Of a DNA stretch of 64,000 nt, positions 55,202 through 64,000 are shown piece after piece (position 1 is the first letter of the stretch; every line of letters begins with the position of its first letter). The translations under genes and the position numbers were made by a program. The notes beneath the pieces were generated by a model. It was not told the DNA's origin. It saw only the letters and a program-made list of their open reading frames with translations, and searched no databases. The stretch is from Actinomycetes bacterium (GTDB lineage: Bacteria > Actinomycetota > Coriobacteriia > Anaerosomatales > JAGXFU01): the NCBI GenBank assembly GCA_024637115.1, contig JAGXFU010000008.1, positions 170,083 to 234,082 of the forward strand, given 5' to 3'.

Positions 55202-56809
55202 GTGCGTATAGCCCTGGCCCAACTCAATCCTACGGTAGGCGATATCGCCGGGAACACGCGACGCGCCATCGAGGCAATCTCAACTGCGCACGATGCGGGC
55301 GCAGGATTCATTCTCTTGCCGGAGCTTGTGATCACCGGCTATCCGCCGGAGGATCTCCTTGGCAAACCGCATTTTGTCGAGGCGAACCTCGACGCGCTCG
55401 AGGAGATCTCCTCCGTGTGCGGCAACGCCACCATCGTTGGATTCGTTGACCGCGTAGAAGGCAGGCTCTACAACGCGGCCGCCCTCTGCGGCAATCACCG
55501 GGTGCTGCAGGTCTATCACAAGCGCGAGCTACCCAACTACGGTGTCTTTGATGAACAGCGCTACTTCGCGGCCGGTGACTCTCCGGGGCTGCTCGAACTC
55601 GGGGGCACGATGTACGGCACCACGATCTGCGAGGATATCTGGGTCGATCACGTTGCCGAGGAGCTCGTGGCAGAGGGTGCTCGGGTGATCTTCAATATCT
55701 CCGCGAGTCCGTTTCATGCGGGCAAGGGCGATGAGCGCGAGCGTATGTTGTGCGAACGCGCGCGCTCCAACAACGTGTGGCTTGCGTACTGCAATCTGGT
55801 TGGCGGTCAGGACGAACTCGTCTTTGACGGCAGGTCACTTATCGTCTCGCCCTCGGGAGAGGTAGTGGCACGAGCTGCGAGCTTCCAAGAGGACCTGTTG
55901 ATTGCCGATTTCATGCCCGAGGGAAAGCTTGGGGCAGCGGAGCACCTTGTGGCGGCTCCGGGCCCTGAAGAAGAGGTTTACGAGGCGCTGAAGCTCGGAT
56001 TGCACGACTACGTGACCAAGAATGGCTTCACCGACGTTGTGATCGGATTGTCGGGAGGCATCGATTCGGCGCTCACTGCCGCTATCGCGACCGACGCGCT
56101 CGGTGCGGAGCATGTGCACGGCGTGATGATGCCGAGCTGCTATTCCTCGGCAGGAAGTATCGATGACTCACGCGTCCTGGCCTCGAATCTGGGGATCGAG
56201 GTGCGGGAGTTGCCCATCGAGCTGCCATTCGATGCGTTCGAAACCACGCTTGCTGAGTCGTTTCGCGGGGAAGAGAGTGATGTTACCGAGGAGAACTTGC
56301 AGGCCAGGGTGCGCGGCACACTCCTGATGGCACTCTCCAACAAGTTCGGGTGGCTCGTTCTTGCCACCGGGAATAAGAGTGAACTCTCTGTTGGATACTC
56401 CACGTTGTACGGGGATATGGTCGGTGGATTCGCGCCGATCAAGGACGTGCTCAAAGAGCGGGTCTATGAGCTTGCGCGTTGGCGCAATGGTTCCGGCAGT
56501 GCTCCGGTGATTCCTGTCGAGATCATCGACAAGGCGCCCAGTGCAGAATTGCGACCGGATCAACTCGACCAGGACAGTCTTCCGCCGTACGATGTGCTAG
56601 ATGCTATTCTTTCTGCCTACGTTGAAAGAGATCGATCTGTCGACGAGATTGTTGCAGAGGGATTTGATTCGGGTACAGTCGACCAGGTGACCAATATGGT
56701 CGACGCTTCAGAGTACAAGCGGAGGCAGGGTCCCCTCGGCATCAAGATAACCCCGAAGGCGTTCGGTCGTGATCGGCGCATGCCAGTCACGAATCGCTTC
56801 AGAGGGTAG
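55202..56809 (+). CDS. nadE: glutamine-dependent NAD+ synthetase (CN-hydrolase + NAD synthetase domains)
   Basis: GTG at 55202 lies 6 nt after GGGAGG. The N-terminal nitrilase-like domain has RIALAQLNP...ELVITGYPPEDL and the ICED catalytic Cys. The C-terminal domain has the GLSGGIDS P-loop. Confidence 0.9.
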   Translation: MRIALAQLNPTVGDIAGNTRRAIEAISTAHDAGAGFILLPELVITGYPPEDLLGKPHFVEANLDALEEISSVCGNATIVGFVDRVEGRLYNAAALCGNHRVLQVYHKRELPNYGVFDEQRYFAAGDSPGLLELGGTMYGTTICEDIWVDHVAEELVAEGARVIFNISASPFHAGKGDERERMLCERARSNNVWLAYCNLVGGQDELVFDGRSLIVSPSGEVVARAASFQEDLLIADFMPEGKLGAAEHLVAAPGPEEEVYEALKLGLHDYVTKNGFTDVVIGLSGGIDSALTAAIATDALGAEHVHGVMMPSCYSSAGSIDDSRVLASNLGIEVRELPIELPFDAFETTLAESFRGEESDVTEENLQARVRGTLLMALSNKFGWLVLATGNKSELSVGYSTLYGDMVGGFAPIKDVLKERVYELARWRNGSGSAPVIPVEIIDKAPSAELRPDQLDQDSLPPYDVLDAILSAYVERDRSVDEIVAEGFDSGTVDQVTNMVDASEYKRRQGPLGIKITPKAFGRDRRMPVTNRFRG

Positions 56810-56908
56810 GTTCTTCCAAGAACCTTTTGTGTCCTGGCGTATCATGTGTATTGTGCACTCTGACGATATTTCAAGTAGGTGTGCATCACCTGCGGAGGGG
56901 GCGGGAAT

Positions 56909-57115
56909 ATGGGTCGGCTTTACGACGCCATTCAATCCGTTGAAAGCATCATCCAGGCAAAAGGGCTCAACCCGAGTGAGACACGCGGGATGATTGGTAT
57001 GAAGGCTGGCTTCTTTTTGGTGATTATCCGACCTGATACCGAAGACGATCCCGAGAAATTGGCCTCACTCAAGCGCGCTGCCGAGGATGTGCTGGGCGTT
57101 CGGGTACCTTTCTAG
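56909..57115 (+). CDS. small hypothetical protein (68 aa)
   Basis: ATG sits behind GGAGGGGG and codon usage looks coding-like. I recognise no family. Confidence 0.35.
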   Translation: MGRLYDAIQSVESIIQAKGLNPSETRGMIGMKAGFFLVIIRPDTEDDPEKLASLKRAAEDVLGVRVPF

Positions 57116-57228
57116 TTCCCTCAAGATCGATTCGCTCGATCGAGTGCTGTCATAGCAACAACGAACATCTGAATGGGTGACATCGCGGGTTCGCGAAGTC
57201 GCCCATCGTTAGGTAGTGGGGCACAAAC

Positions 57229-57675
57229 ATGGTCGAGGCGTTTGAGCTACGTCTGATTGAACCGGGATCTGCCGAATACCTCGAGGCACGCGAGATTCGA
57301 TTCGACGCGCTCTACCTTGGGCTGAACCTGCCGCGCTCTCTCATCGAGGATCATGACGGGCGCTCCTATCGTCATCTCGTTGCGGTGCGTGATGGCCGTG
57401 TCGTTGGATACGCACGACTGTATCTCGAGGACGGGGAGAGCAAAGTATTCCAAGTCTCGGTTGCAGAGACCGTGCGCGGTCAAGGCATCGCGACTGCGCT
57501 CATGGCTCGACTCGAGGCCGTGGCCACAGCCGAGGGTCGAGATGAGATCACGCTGGACGCACGCGAACACGCCGTTGGTTTCTACGAGCGTTTGGGCTAC
57601 GCGGTTGAGGGCGAGCCATTCCTGTCTGCGCGTACAGGCACGCCGCACCTATTCATGCGCAAGCGACTGGGCTAG
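57229..57675 (+). CDS. GNAT-family N-acetyltransferase
   Basis: The acetyl-CoA motif VRGQGIATALMARLE is followed by FYERLGY. Confidence 0.8.
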   Translation: MVEAFELRLIEPGSAEYLEAREIRFDALYLGLNLPRSLIEDHDGRSYRHLVAVRDGRVVGYARLYLEDGESKVFQVSVAETVRGQGIATALMARLEAVATAEGRDEITLDAREHAVGFYERLGYAVEGEPFLSARTGTPHLFMRKRLG

Positions 57676-57846
57676 ACGAGATCCGCGGTGCGCACATGGT
57701 CGAAAAGGATGCCCCGCGGGTAGAAAAGGACTGCGTGTTCACGTACCCTGGTCATGCGCTCCGAGGGACTTCGGCTGATCGGTCGGAGATGTGGGGCGAG
57801 TCACATTGTGTATACGCGAAGGCGATACGTTTCAGGAGGGGTTCGA

Positions 57847-58785
57847 ATGCCTACAATCACGCGCGATCAGGTTCGTGTGCCGGCTGATGTGCCTGCCGCA
57901 ATGCGAGAGATCTACATAGACAACTATATGGCTGCCACACATGGCACGGGTCGACTGATGCTCTTTGCGTGCGACCAGAAGATCGAGCATCTCAACGATG
58001 ACTTTCATGGTGAAGGAATCGCAGCGGCTGATTCGGAGCCCGAGCACCTGTTCCGCATTGGGGACCAGGGTGTGACCGGCGTGCTTGCCGGTCAGCGTGG
58101 ACTTGTTGCGCAGTATGCAGCGGACTATCCCGACATCAACTACCTCATCAAGATGAACAGCAAGACGCACCTGATCAGCACGAGTCAGGACGATCCGTAT
58201 AGCCCTCAGCTCTATGACATCGGCAACATACTCGATATGCGCGAGAACGGTGTGAATGTTGTTGGCATCGGCTACACGATCTACATAGGGTCAGAGTACG
58301 AGTCTCAGATGATGATGGAAGCCGGACAGTTGACGGCCGATGCGCACGCCGCAGGGCTGCTCGTGGTGCTCTGGCTCTATCCTCGTGGCAAAGCGGTTGC
58401 AAGCGAGAAGGATGCGCATCTCATTGCCGGTGCTGCAGGTCTGGCCGTTTCTCTCGGCGCCGACTTTGTAAAGGTCAACCCGCCCAAGGGCGACGACAGT
58501 GGATCCTCGGCGGAGAAGCTCAAAGAAGCCTCGATGGCTGCGGGTCGCTGCGGGCTCGTGTGTGCCGGCGGTTCAACGGTGGATGCCAAGACATTCCTCA
58601 CACAGCTGTGGGAGCAGATTCATGTTGGAGGGGCGATCGGTAATGCGACCGGGCGCAACATCCATCAGCGCGATCTCGATGAGGCCGTGCGTCTTACAAA
58701 GGCCATCAGCGCTATCACGCTTGCGGACTACGATGCAGATCGCGCGCTCAAGGTCTTCGAGGGCGAGGAAGATTTCACTGGCTGA
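57847..58785 (+). CDS. class I aldolase of the FbaB/DhnA (DeoC/LacD) family
   Basis: ATG sits behind AGGAGGGG. It is collinear by eye with E. coli FbaB blocks (GTGRLMLFACDQKIEH, YLIKMNSKTHL, GIGYTIYIGSE, Schiff-base lysine context GADFVKVN, GRNIH). Confidence 0.7.
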   Translation: MPTITRDQVRVPADVPAAMREIYIDNYMAATHGTGRLMLFACDQKIEHLNDDFHGEGIAAADSEPEHLFRIGDQGVTGVLAGQRGLVAQYAADYPDINYLIKMNSKTHLISTSQDDPYSPQLYDIGNILDMRENGVNVVGIGYTIYIGSEYESQMMMEAGQLTADAHAAGLLVVLWLYPRGKAVASEKDAHLIAGAAGLAVSLGADFVKVNPPKGDDSGSSAEKLKEASMAAGRCGLVCAGGSTVDAKTFLTQLWEQIHVGGAIGNATGRNIHQRDLDEAVRLTKAISAITLADYDADRALKVFEGEEDFTG

Positions 58786-58934
58786 TTTGGCGCTGAGCGC
58801 GGCTTTCGCCCTGGTTAGGGCATACAACAAGTAAGAGTTGTGACGCACTGCGCGGCGCTGCCCGGGGAAATCTCGGGCGGTGCCGCGAAATGCTATTCGG
58901 AGTCGTTGGCTCCAGGAATGAGAATAGAGTTCGC

Positions 58935-59816
58935 ATGCCGATTGCAGATTGGTTCAAGGCACGAGAGGATCGCAAGTACACGCCTTCAGAGCAGAACCGG
59001 GGTTCCGGGGACGTTCCTGACGGCGTGTGGAGTAAGTGCGAATCGTGTAAGCACATCATCTATGAAGGTGAGCTGGCACAGAACGCTCGCGTCTGTAATT
59101 ACTGCGGCCATCACTTCCCACTCACGGCTCCTCAGCGCATTGAGCTCCTCGTCGACGAGGACACGTTTGAGGAAACCCATGCGCACATCTCCTCTGGTGA
59201 TCCCCTGGAGTGGTCTTCGCCCAAGTCGTACCCGGTCGGTCTTGAGTCGGCCCGGGAGAAGTCCTCGTTGGCCGAGGCGGTCATGACGGGACGGGCCTCC
59301 ATCGCGGATCACCCGGTCGTCATCGGGGCAATGGATTTTCGATTCGTTGGCGCATCGATGGGGTCGGTGGTTGGCGAGAAGGTGGCGCGTGCCTTTGAGC
59401 TGGCGCTCGCTGAACACAGGCCGCTGGTGCTTTCGATTGCATCGGGGGGAGCCCGGATGCAGGAAGGCATGCTCTCGCTCATGCAGATGGCCAAGACCTC
59501 AGCCGCCGCTGCGCGCCTCGCTGATGAGGGCGTACCCTATATCTCCGTTCTCACGAATCCTACGTATGGCGGCGTCACGGCGTCGTTCGCGGTACTCGCC
59601 GATGTCATTGTTGCCGAGCCGGCCTCGCTTGTCGGGTTCACCGGGCAGCGAATCATTGAACAGACGATTCGACAGAAACTGCCCAAAGGGTTTCAGACTG
59701 CAGAGTTCCTTGTCGAGCACGGCATGATCGATGAGGTCATTCCGCGATCCGATCTGAGAGCTCATATCGGCCTGCTACTCGACTACCTGGACATCCCGGG
59801 GGGTGAGCGCTCATGA
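58935..59816 (+). CDS. accD: acetyl-CoA carboxylase carboxyltransferase beta subunit
   Basis: ATG at 58935. Carries the zinc ribbon CESCKHIIY...CNYCGHHF, followed by the carboxyltransferase domain (GGARMQEG). Confidence 0.9.
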   Translation: MPIADWFKAREDRKYTPSEQNRGSGDVPDGVWSKCESCKHIIYEGELAQNARVCNYCGHHFPLTAPQRIELLVDEDTFEETHAHISSGDPLEWSSPKSYPVGLESAREKSSLAEAVMTGRASIADHPVVIGAMDFRFVGASMGSVVGEKVARAFELALAEHRPLVLSIASGGARMQEGMLSLMQMAKTSAAAARLADEGVPYISVLTNPTYGGVTASFAVLADVIVAEPASLVGFTGQRIIEQTIRQKLPKGFQTAEFLVEHGMIDEVIPRSDLRAHIGLLLDYLDIPGGERS

Positions 59817-60778
59817 AATCCCGTTTCGTGATGGAGTTCGAACGTCCACTGGTCGAGCTTGAACGCAAATTGGCAGAACTCCGTGAGCTGAACGTCTCAG
59901 AGAATCCGGAACTTGCGGTTGAAATATCGGACCTTGGGCGACAGGTGGAGCGTCTGCATGAGGAGACGTATACCAACCTCGCGCCGTGGGCACGTGTCCA
60001 GATCTCCAGACATCCTGATCGACCAAAGACTCAGGACTATGTCGATGCCTGTTTCGATGACGTGATCGAGTTGCATGGCGATCGCCATTTCGGTGATGAC
60101 GAGGCCATGATGACATCACTTGCCACTCTCGCGGGACGGAGAGTGGCCGTGATCGGACATCGCAAGGGCAAGAACACCAAAGAGAACCTGCGTCGGAACT
60201 TTGGAAGCCCTCAACCCGAGGGCTTCAGAAAAGCAATGCGTTTGATGCGATTGGCCGACAAGTTCGCGCTACCCATCGTCACGTTTCTTGACACTCCGGG
60301 GGCGTACCCCGGAGTCGAGGCCGAGGAGCGCGGACAGGCGTGGGCGATTGCGGAATCGCTGGCCCTGCTCTCGGGCGTTCGTGTTCCTGTTGTGGTCGTG
60401 GGAATCGGTGAAGGTGGCAGCGGCGGCGCATTGGCGATCGGATTCGGCGACCGCCTGATCATGCTCGAGAACGCCTACTACTCTGTGAGCAGCCCCGAGG
60501 CCTGTGCTTCGATTCTCTATAAGGACGCAGCGCATGCCTGCGATGCCGCCGTGTCACTCAAGATGACCGCGGCTGACCTGCTGCACTTCGGGATTGCCGA
60601 TGAGATCGTGGCCGAACCTCTTGGCGGCGCCCATCATGATCACGAGGCGATGTTCAGCGCAGTCGGGGAGCGCGTGAATGCGGCACTCAATGAACTCGTC
60701 GGGGAGGAACCGACCGACCTGGTAGAGAAGCGGTATGAGAGGCTTCGTGCGATCGGAGTGTTTGAAGAGGGGGCGTAG
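59813..60778 (+). CDS. accA: acetyl-CoA carboxylase carboxyltransferase alpha subunit
   Basis: ATGA overlap with accD. Carries the RHPDRP, FLDTPGAYPG and GEGGSGGALA motifs. Confidence 0.9.
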   Translation: MKSRFVMEFERPLVELERKLAELRELNVSENPELAVEISDLGRQVERLHEETYTNLAPWARVQISRHPDRPKTQDYVDACFDDVIELHGDRHFGDDEAMMTSLATLAGRRVAVIGHRKGKNTKENLRRNFGSPQPEGFRKAMRLMRLADKFALPIVTFLDTPGAYPGVEAEERGQAWAIAESLALLSGVRVPVVVVGIGEGGSGGALAIGFGDRLIMLENAYYSVSSPEACASILYKDAAHACDAAVSLKMTAADLLHFGIADEIVAEPLGGAHHDHEAMFSAVGERVNAALNELVGEEPTDLVEKRYERLRAIGVFEEGA

Positions 60779-61750
60779 GTGGCTATGGCAGTCACACGTG
60801 TCGCGGTACTCACAAGTGGAGGCGATGCACCCGGAATGAACGCGGCCGTGAGAGCGGTCGTTCGTTCAACCATCGCCCGAGGCGGCGAGGCATTTGGCGT
60901 TGAGCACGGCTACGAGGGTCTTCTCGAAGCCGCGATCCGACCGCTGAATCTGGGTGATGTTGGAGGGGTGCTTGATCGCGGGGGCACATTTCTTGGCACG
61001 TCTCGTTCCGAGCGGTATCGCTCGCCCGAGGGCGTCGCCGAGGCGGCGCGCATCCTCAAAGAGCAAGATATCGAAGCACTGGTAGTCATTGGCGGGGACG
61101 GGAGTTACCGCGGCGCTGACGAACTCGCCGCGCATGGAATCGCCACCGTGGGAGTCCCGGGTACGATTGACAACGACATCAATGGAACTGACACGAGCAT
61201 CGGTTTCGATACTGCCCTGAACACGATCTGCGATGCGGTCGGTAAGGTGCGCGATACGGCATCGAGTCACGAGCGGACATTCGTAATCGAAGTGATGGGT
61301 CGTGACTCCGGCATCCTGGCGTTGTACAGCGGACTCGCCACGGGCGCGGACTGTATCCTGGTTCCCGAGGTCCCCTGGGGGCTCGATGATGTGTGCGCCG
61401 CGGTGGCTCAAGGAGTAGCGCGGGGCAAGAAGCACTCGATCATCATGGTCGCCGAGGGTGCAGCGCATGCGTTCGGTCTCGCCGAGGATCTTGCCGAGGC
61501 GTGTGCACATCGCGTGCGCACGGTGGTGCTGGGGCATATTCAGCGCGGTGGAGCGCCGTCTGGATTCGACCGGATTCTGGCGAGTCGGATGGGGGCGGAA
61601 GCATGTAGCGCTCTTGCCAAGGGCGAGAGCGGGGTCGCTGTGGGTCTCAGGCATGCCGACACGGTCACGTACCCTCTCAAGGAAGCCTATGCGTCGGCGC
61701 ATGTGCTTCGCCGAGAGATCTACGAACTTGCAAAGGTGCTGTCGCTCTAG
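60779..61750 (+). CDS. pfkA: ATP-dependent 6-phosphofructokinase
   Basis: Carries VLTSGGDAPGMNAA, GGDGS, PGTIDND and MGR motifs. An alternative ATG lies at 60785. Confidence 0.9.
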   Translation: MAMAVTRVAVLTSGGDAPGMNAAVRAVVRSTIARGGEAFGVEHGYEGLLEAAIRPLNLGDVGGVLDRGGTFLGTSRSERYRSPEGVAEAARILKEQDIEALVVIGGDGSYRGADELAAHGIATVGVPGTIDNDINGTDTSIGFDTALNTICDAVGKVRDTASSHERTFVIEVMGRDSGILALYSGLATGADCILVPEVPWGLDDVCAAVAQGVARGKKHSIIMVAEGAAHAFGLAEDLAEACAHRVRTVVLGHIQRGGAPSGFDRILASRMGAEACSALAKGESGVAVGLRHADTVTYPLKEAYASAHVLRREIYELAKVLSL

Positions 61751-61796
61751 CAGCGCGATGGCCTGATAGAACGTCCGGTGAGCAAAGGAGAATCGC

Positions 61797-62408
61797 GTGA
61801 AGGAGTTCGATCCGATTATCGGTAAGGACTGGGTGGAGCGCTTCTCGGCTGTTGGACGCGACCTGTTTCTCACGGGTGCAGTCTCGAGTCACGGAGGAAA
61901 CATGTCCGTGCGCGTGGGCGATCGGATCATCATTACCCGCCGAGGATCCATGCTTGGCCGAATCGGCGTTCATGATGTCGTGTGGACGCACATGGCGGCA
62001 TGCGATCTCGACGAGGAGTGCAGTCGCGAGATCGTGGTGCATCGGGCGATCTACAAGGCGACGGGTGCGAGCGCAATCGTACACGCACACCCCGAGCACA
62101 CCATCTACCGATCGCTGATTGAGAGCTCAATCACCCCGATTGACTCAGAAGCCGCGTATGTTCTCGGTGCCTCGATTCCTGTTGTGAGCGCGCAGCAGAC
62201 CATCGCTTCGCCTGAGGCGGCTGTCAAGCTTGCAGAGATACTCGAAGATCGCAAGATCGCAGTCCTCAAGTCGCATGGTCCTTTCGCGGTGGGAGACACA
62301 CTCGAAGAAGCCTTCTACCACGTGAGCGCACTTGAGGTCGCCTGCCGGATCCTTGATATCCGTGACAGCTCTTGTCGCGGCTCAGCCATCCGGGAGGCAA
62401 GCGAGTGA
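61797..62408 (+). CDS. class II aldolase/adducin N-terminal domain family protein
   Basis: Carries SSHGGNMSVR and VHAHPEH metal-binding His motifs. 203 aa. Confidence 0.75.
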   Translation: MKEFDPIIGKDWVERFSAVGRDLFLTGAVSSHGGNMSVRVGDRIIITRRGSMLGRIGVHDVVWTHMAACDLDEECSREIVVHRAIYKATGASAIVHAHPEHTIYRSLIESSITPIDSEAAYVLGASIPVVSAQQTIASPEAAVKLAEILEDRKIAVLKSHGPFAVGDTLEEAFYHVSALEVACRILDIRDSSCRGSAIREASE

Positions 62409-63187
62409 CCAGCAACGACGAGCGAGGACATGAGGCCGGGAGCGAATCGAGTGAGGGCGAGCGACGGCATGAGGTCGATCGGCCTTCTTTGCTCGAGCAG
62501 GTTACCGGTGCAGAGGCCGAGTTTCTCGCCGGTAGGCGTCGTCACTCAGATAATGTCGAGAGCGCGGTTCGAATCTTTCTCGAATTTCTGAGAGGGTTTG
62601 AGTTTCTCTCGATCGACGAGCCGAGCGTGACGGTATTCGGCTCCGCACGCTTTCCCGAGGGGCACCCGTGGTATGAGATGGCCCGGGAGGTTGGTCGAAG
62701 GTTTGCCGAGGACGGATATGCCGTGATGACCGGCGGCGGACCCGGTGTCATGGAGGCGGCGAACCGCGGCTGCAAAGAAGCCGGTGGTTTGTCCCTTGGC
62801 GCCAATATCCATCTTCCTCACGAGCAGTATCCGAACCCGTACGTGGATCGATTCATCGAGTTCGAGCACTTCTTTGTTCGAAAGGTGATGATGGTCAAGT
62901 ACTCCTGCGCTTTCATCATCCTGCCGGGCGGTTTTGGGACACTCGATGAGCTGTTCGAGGCCCTGACGCTCATCCAGACCCACAAGATAGACCATTTCCC
63001 GGTGATTGTGATGGGCACCGATTTCTGGCGTCCAATGCTCGACTTCTTTAGTGAGAGCCTCATCGCTGAGGGCACGATTTCTCCGGCTGACATGGATCTG
63101 GTGTTCCTCACCGACTCGATCGACGAGGCATTCGACTACATTCGGCGGCATCCACACGGGTGTCGCGACAACATCGGGCATACGTAG
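62405..63187 (+). CDS. LOG-family (TIGR00730-type) Rossmann-fold nucleotide-binding protein
   Basis: Carries GGGPGVMEAANRG and PGGFGTLDELFE signature motifs. GTGA overlap with the upstream gene. The track ORF starts at 62372. Confidence 0.8.
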   Translation: MTSNDERGHEAGSESSEGERRHEVDRPSLLEQVTGAEAEFLAGRRRHSDNVESAVRIFLEFLRGFEFLSIDEPSVTVFGSARFPEGHPWYEMAREVGRRFAEDGYAVMTGGGPGVMEAANRGCKEAGGLSLGANIHLPHEQYPNPYVDRFIEFEHFFVRKVMMVKYSCAFIILPGGFGTLDELFEALTLIQTHKIDHFPVIVMGTDFWRPMLDFFSESLIAEGTISPADMDLVFLTDSIDEAFDYIRRHPHGCRDNIGHT

Positions 63188-63191
63188 ACAG

Positions 63192-64000
63192 TCAGTCTGC
63201 TTCCCGGCTCCACATCTTTCGAGCTCCAGAGCGGATGTTTTCAGTTGTTGTGACCGCGCCCGACAAGACGCCATCCGACTCCGTGCATTCCTGGATCCCG
63301 ATGTGCAGTTCCGTGCAGAGGTTCGCCACATTATCGGTGATGAATCTGGAGCGGAGCGCATAGCCGTGGGTGTCTGAGCGTCCGTACGGCTGGGTGTAGT
63401 AGCGCAGTGGCCAGGTGACATACAGGTCATTTCGTGCGCGAGTACATGCGACATAGAGCAGGCGACGCTCCTCTTCGATCTCTTCGGTACTTCCCGTGGC
63501 CATGTCTGAGGGGATATTGCCATCGGCTGCGTGGATGACAAAGACCACGTCGAATTCGAGGCCCTTGGCCGAATGGATAGTCGATAGGATCAGGTAGTCC
63601 TCGTCGAGCAGCGGCGGCCCTGCATAATCTTGTGTGTACGAAGGAGGATCGAGCGCGAGTTCAGTGAGCAGGCGCTCGCGATTCGGGTAACGAGAAGCCA
63701 GTGATTCGATCTGCTCAAGGTCCCTGAGGCGGGCTTCTGCATTGTCGTAGCGCATGCTCAGCAGGGGGGCATAGAACGTTCGCACCGCGTGCACCTGGGT
63801 CGCAAGATCACCGGGCTCTGCACCCGAGAGGCCTCGCATGAGAGTCACGAATCCCGGCCACGCACCCGCTGCGGCCTGTGGGGCGCGGTAGCCAACCCAC
63901 GCACCTTCGAAATCTCCTGAGTGGTGATCGAGCGCATCGGCGAGGTCTTGGGCGGTTTTGGGCCCGATTCCCGGAATCAGGCCCAGGATGCGCATGCCTG
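63192..64000 (-). CDS. UvrD/PcrA-like superfamily 1 helicase, C-terminal part (5' end outside window)
   Basis: The ORF stays open to the window edge. It carries helicase motifs V-VI (TIHSAKGLEFDVVF, LLYVACTRARNDL). Confidence 0.75.
   Translation of the reverse strand, partial: GMRILGLIPGIGPKTAQDLADALDHHSGDFEGAWVGYRAPQAAAGAWPGFVTLMRGLSGAEPGDLATQVHAVRTFYAPLLSMRYDNAEARLRDLEQIESLASRYPNRERLLTELALDPPSYTQDYAGPPLLDEDYLILSTIHSAKGLEFDVVFVIHAADGNIPSDMATGSTEEIEEERRLLYVACTRARNDLYVTWPLRYYTQPYGRSDTHGYALRSRFITDNVANLCTELHIGIQECTESDGVLSGAVTTTENIRSGARKMWSREAD

Overview
This is a 64-kb, high-GC, gene-dense chromosomal window, almost all coded on the plus strand and dominated by amino-acid biosynthesis operons. 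The host is probably a monoderm anaerobe. Hints are a T-box leader, hisZ, a two-CW protein and no outer-membrane genes. An Actinomycetota- or Chloroflexota-like placement is only a guess and cannot be settled without searches.

Gene order: ilvB (3' end)-ilvN-ilvC, class V aminotransferase, serA, leuA, leuC | module 1 plus three minus-strand membrane/spermidine-synthase-like genes | leuD | module 2 | leuB-ilvE. These are followed by PBP1A, cimA, an FAH-family gene, a yerC-like gene, dnaE, hisZGDCBHAFIE and a degenerate M48-like membrane protein. Next come two small Cys-rich proteins (minus strand), then a Trp T-box leader with trpE-trpGD-trpC-trpB2-trpF-trpB-trpA, and a frameshifted epimerase (minus). 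The window ends with nadE, a GNAT gene, a class I aldolase, accDA, pfkA, a class II aldolase, a LOG-family gene and the 3' end of a UvrD-like helicase (minus).

Main finding: the normally contiguous leuC-leuD-leuB genes are separated by two diverged paralogous five-gene modules. Each module encodes:
- a TM-anchored TPR protein;
- an NHL beta-propeller anchored by a TM helix at both ends;
- a secreted hexahaem cytochrome with its own promoter and downstream hairpin;
- a NapC/NirT-like TM-anchored dodecahaem cytochrome;
- a second TM-anchored 11-12-haem cytochrome.

That is about 30 haem motifs per module, with no catalytic subunit, porin or mobility gene. I interpret this as a candidate undescribed envelope electron-conduit or cytochrome-filament system.

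By eye I found no tRNA, rRNA, CRISPR, transposase or integrase. Many long antisense ORFs in the track are GC-driven artefacts. All identities quoted are visual estimates. No database search or folding program was run.
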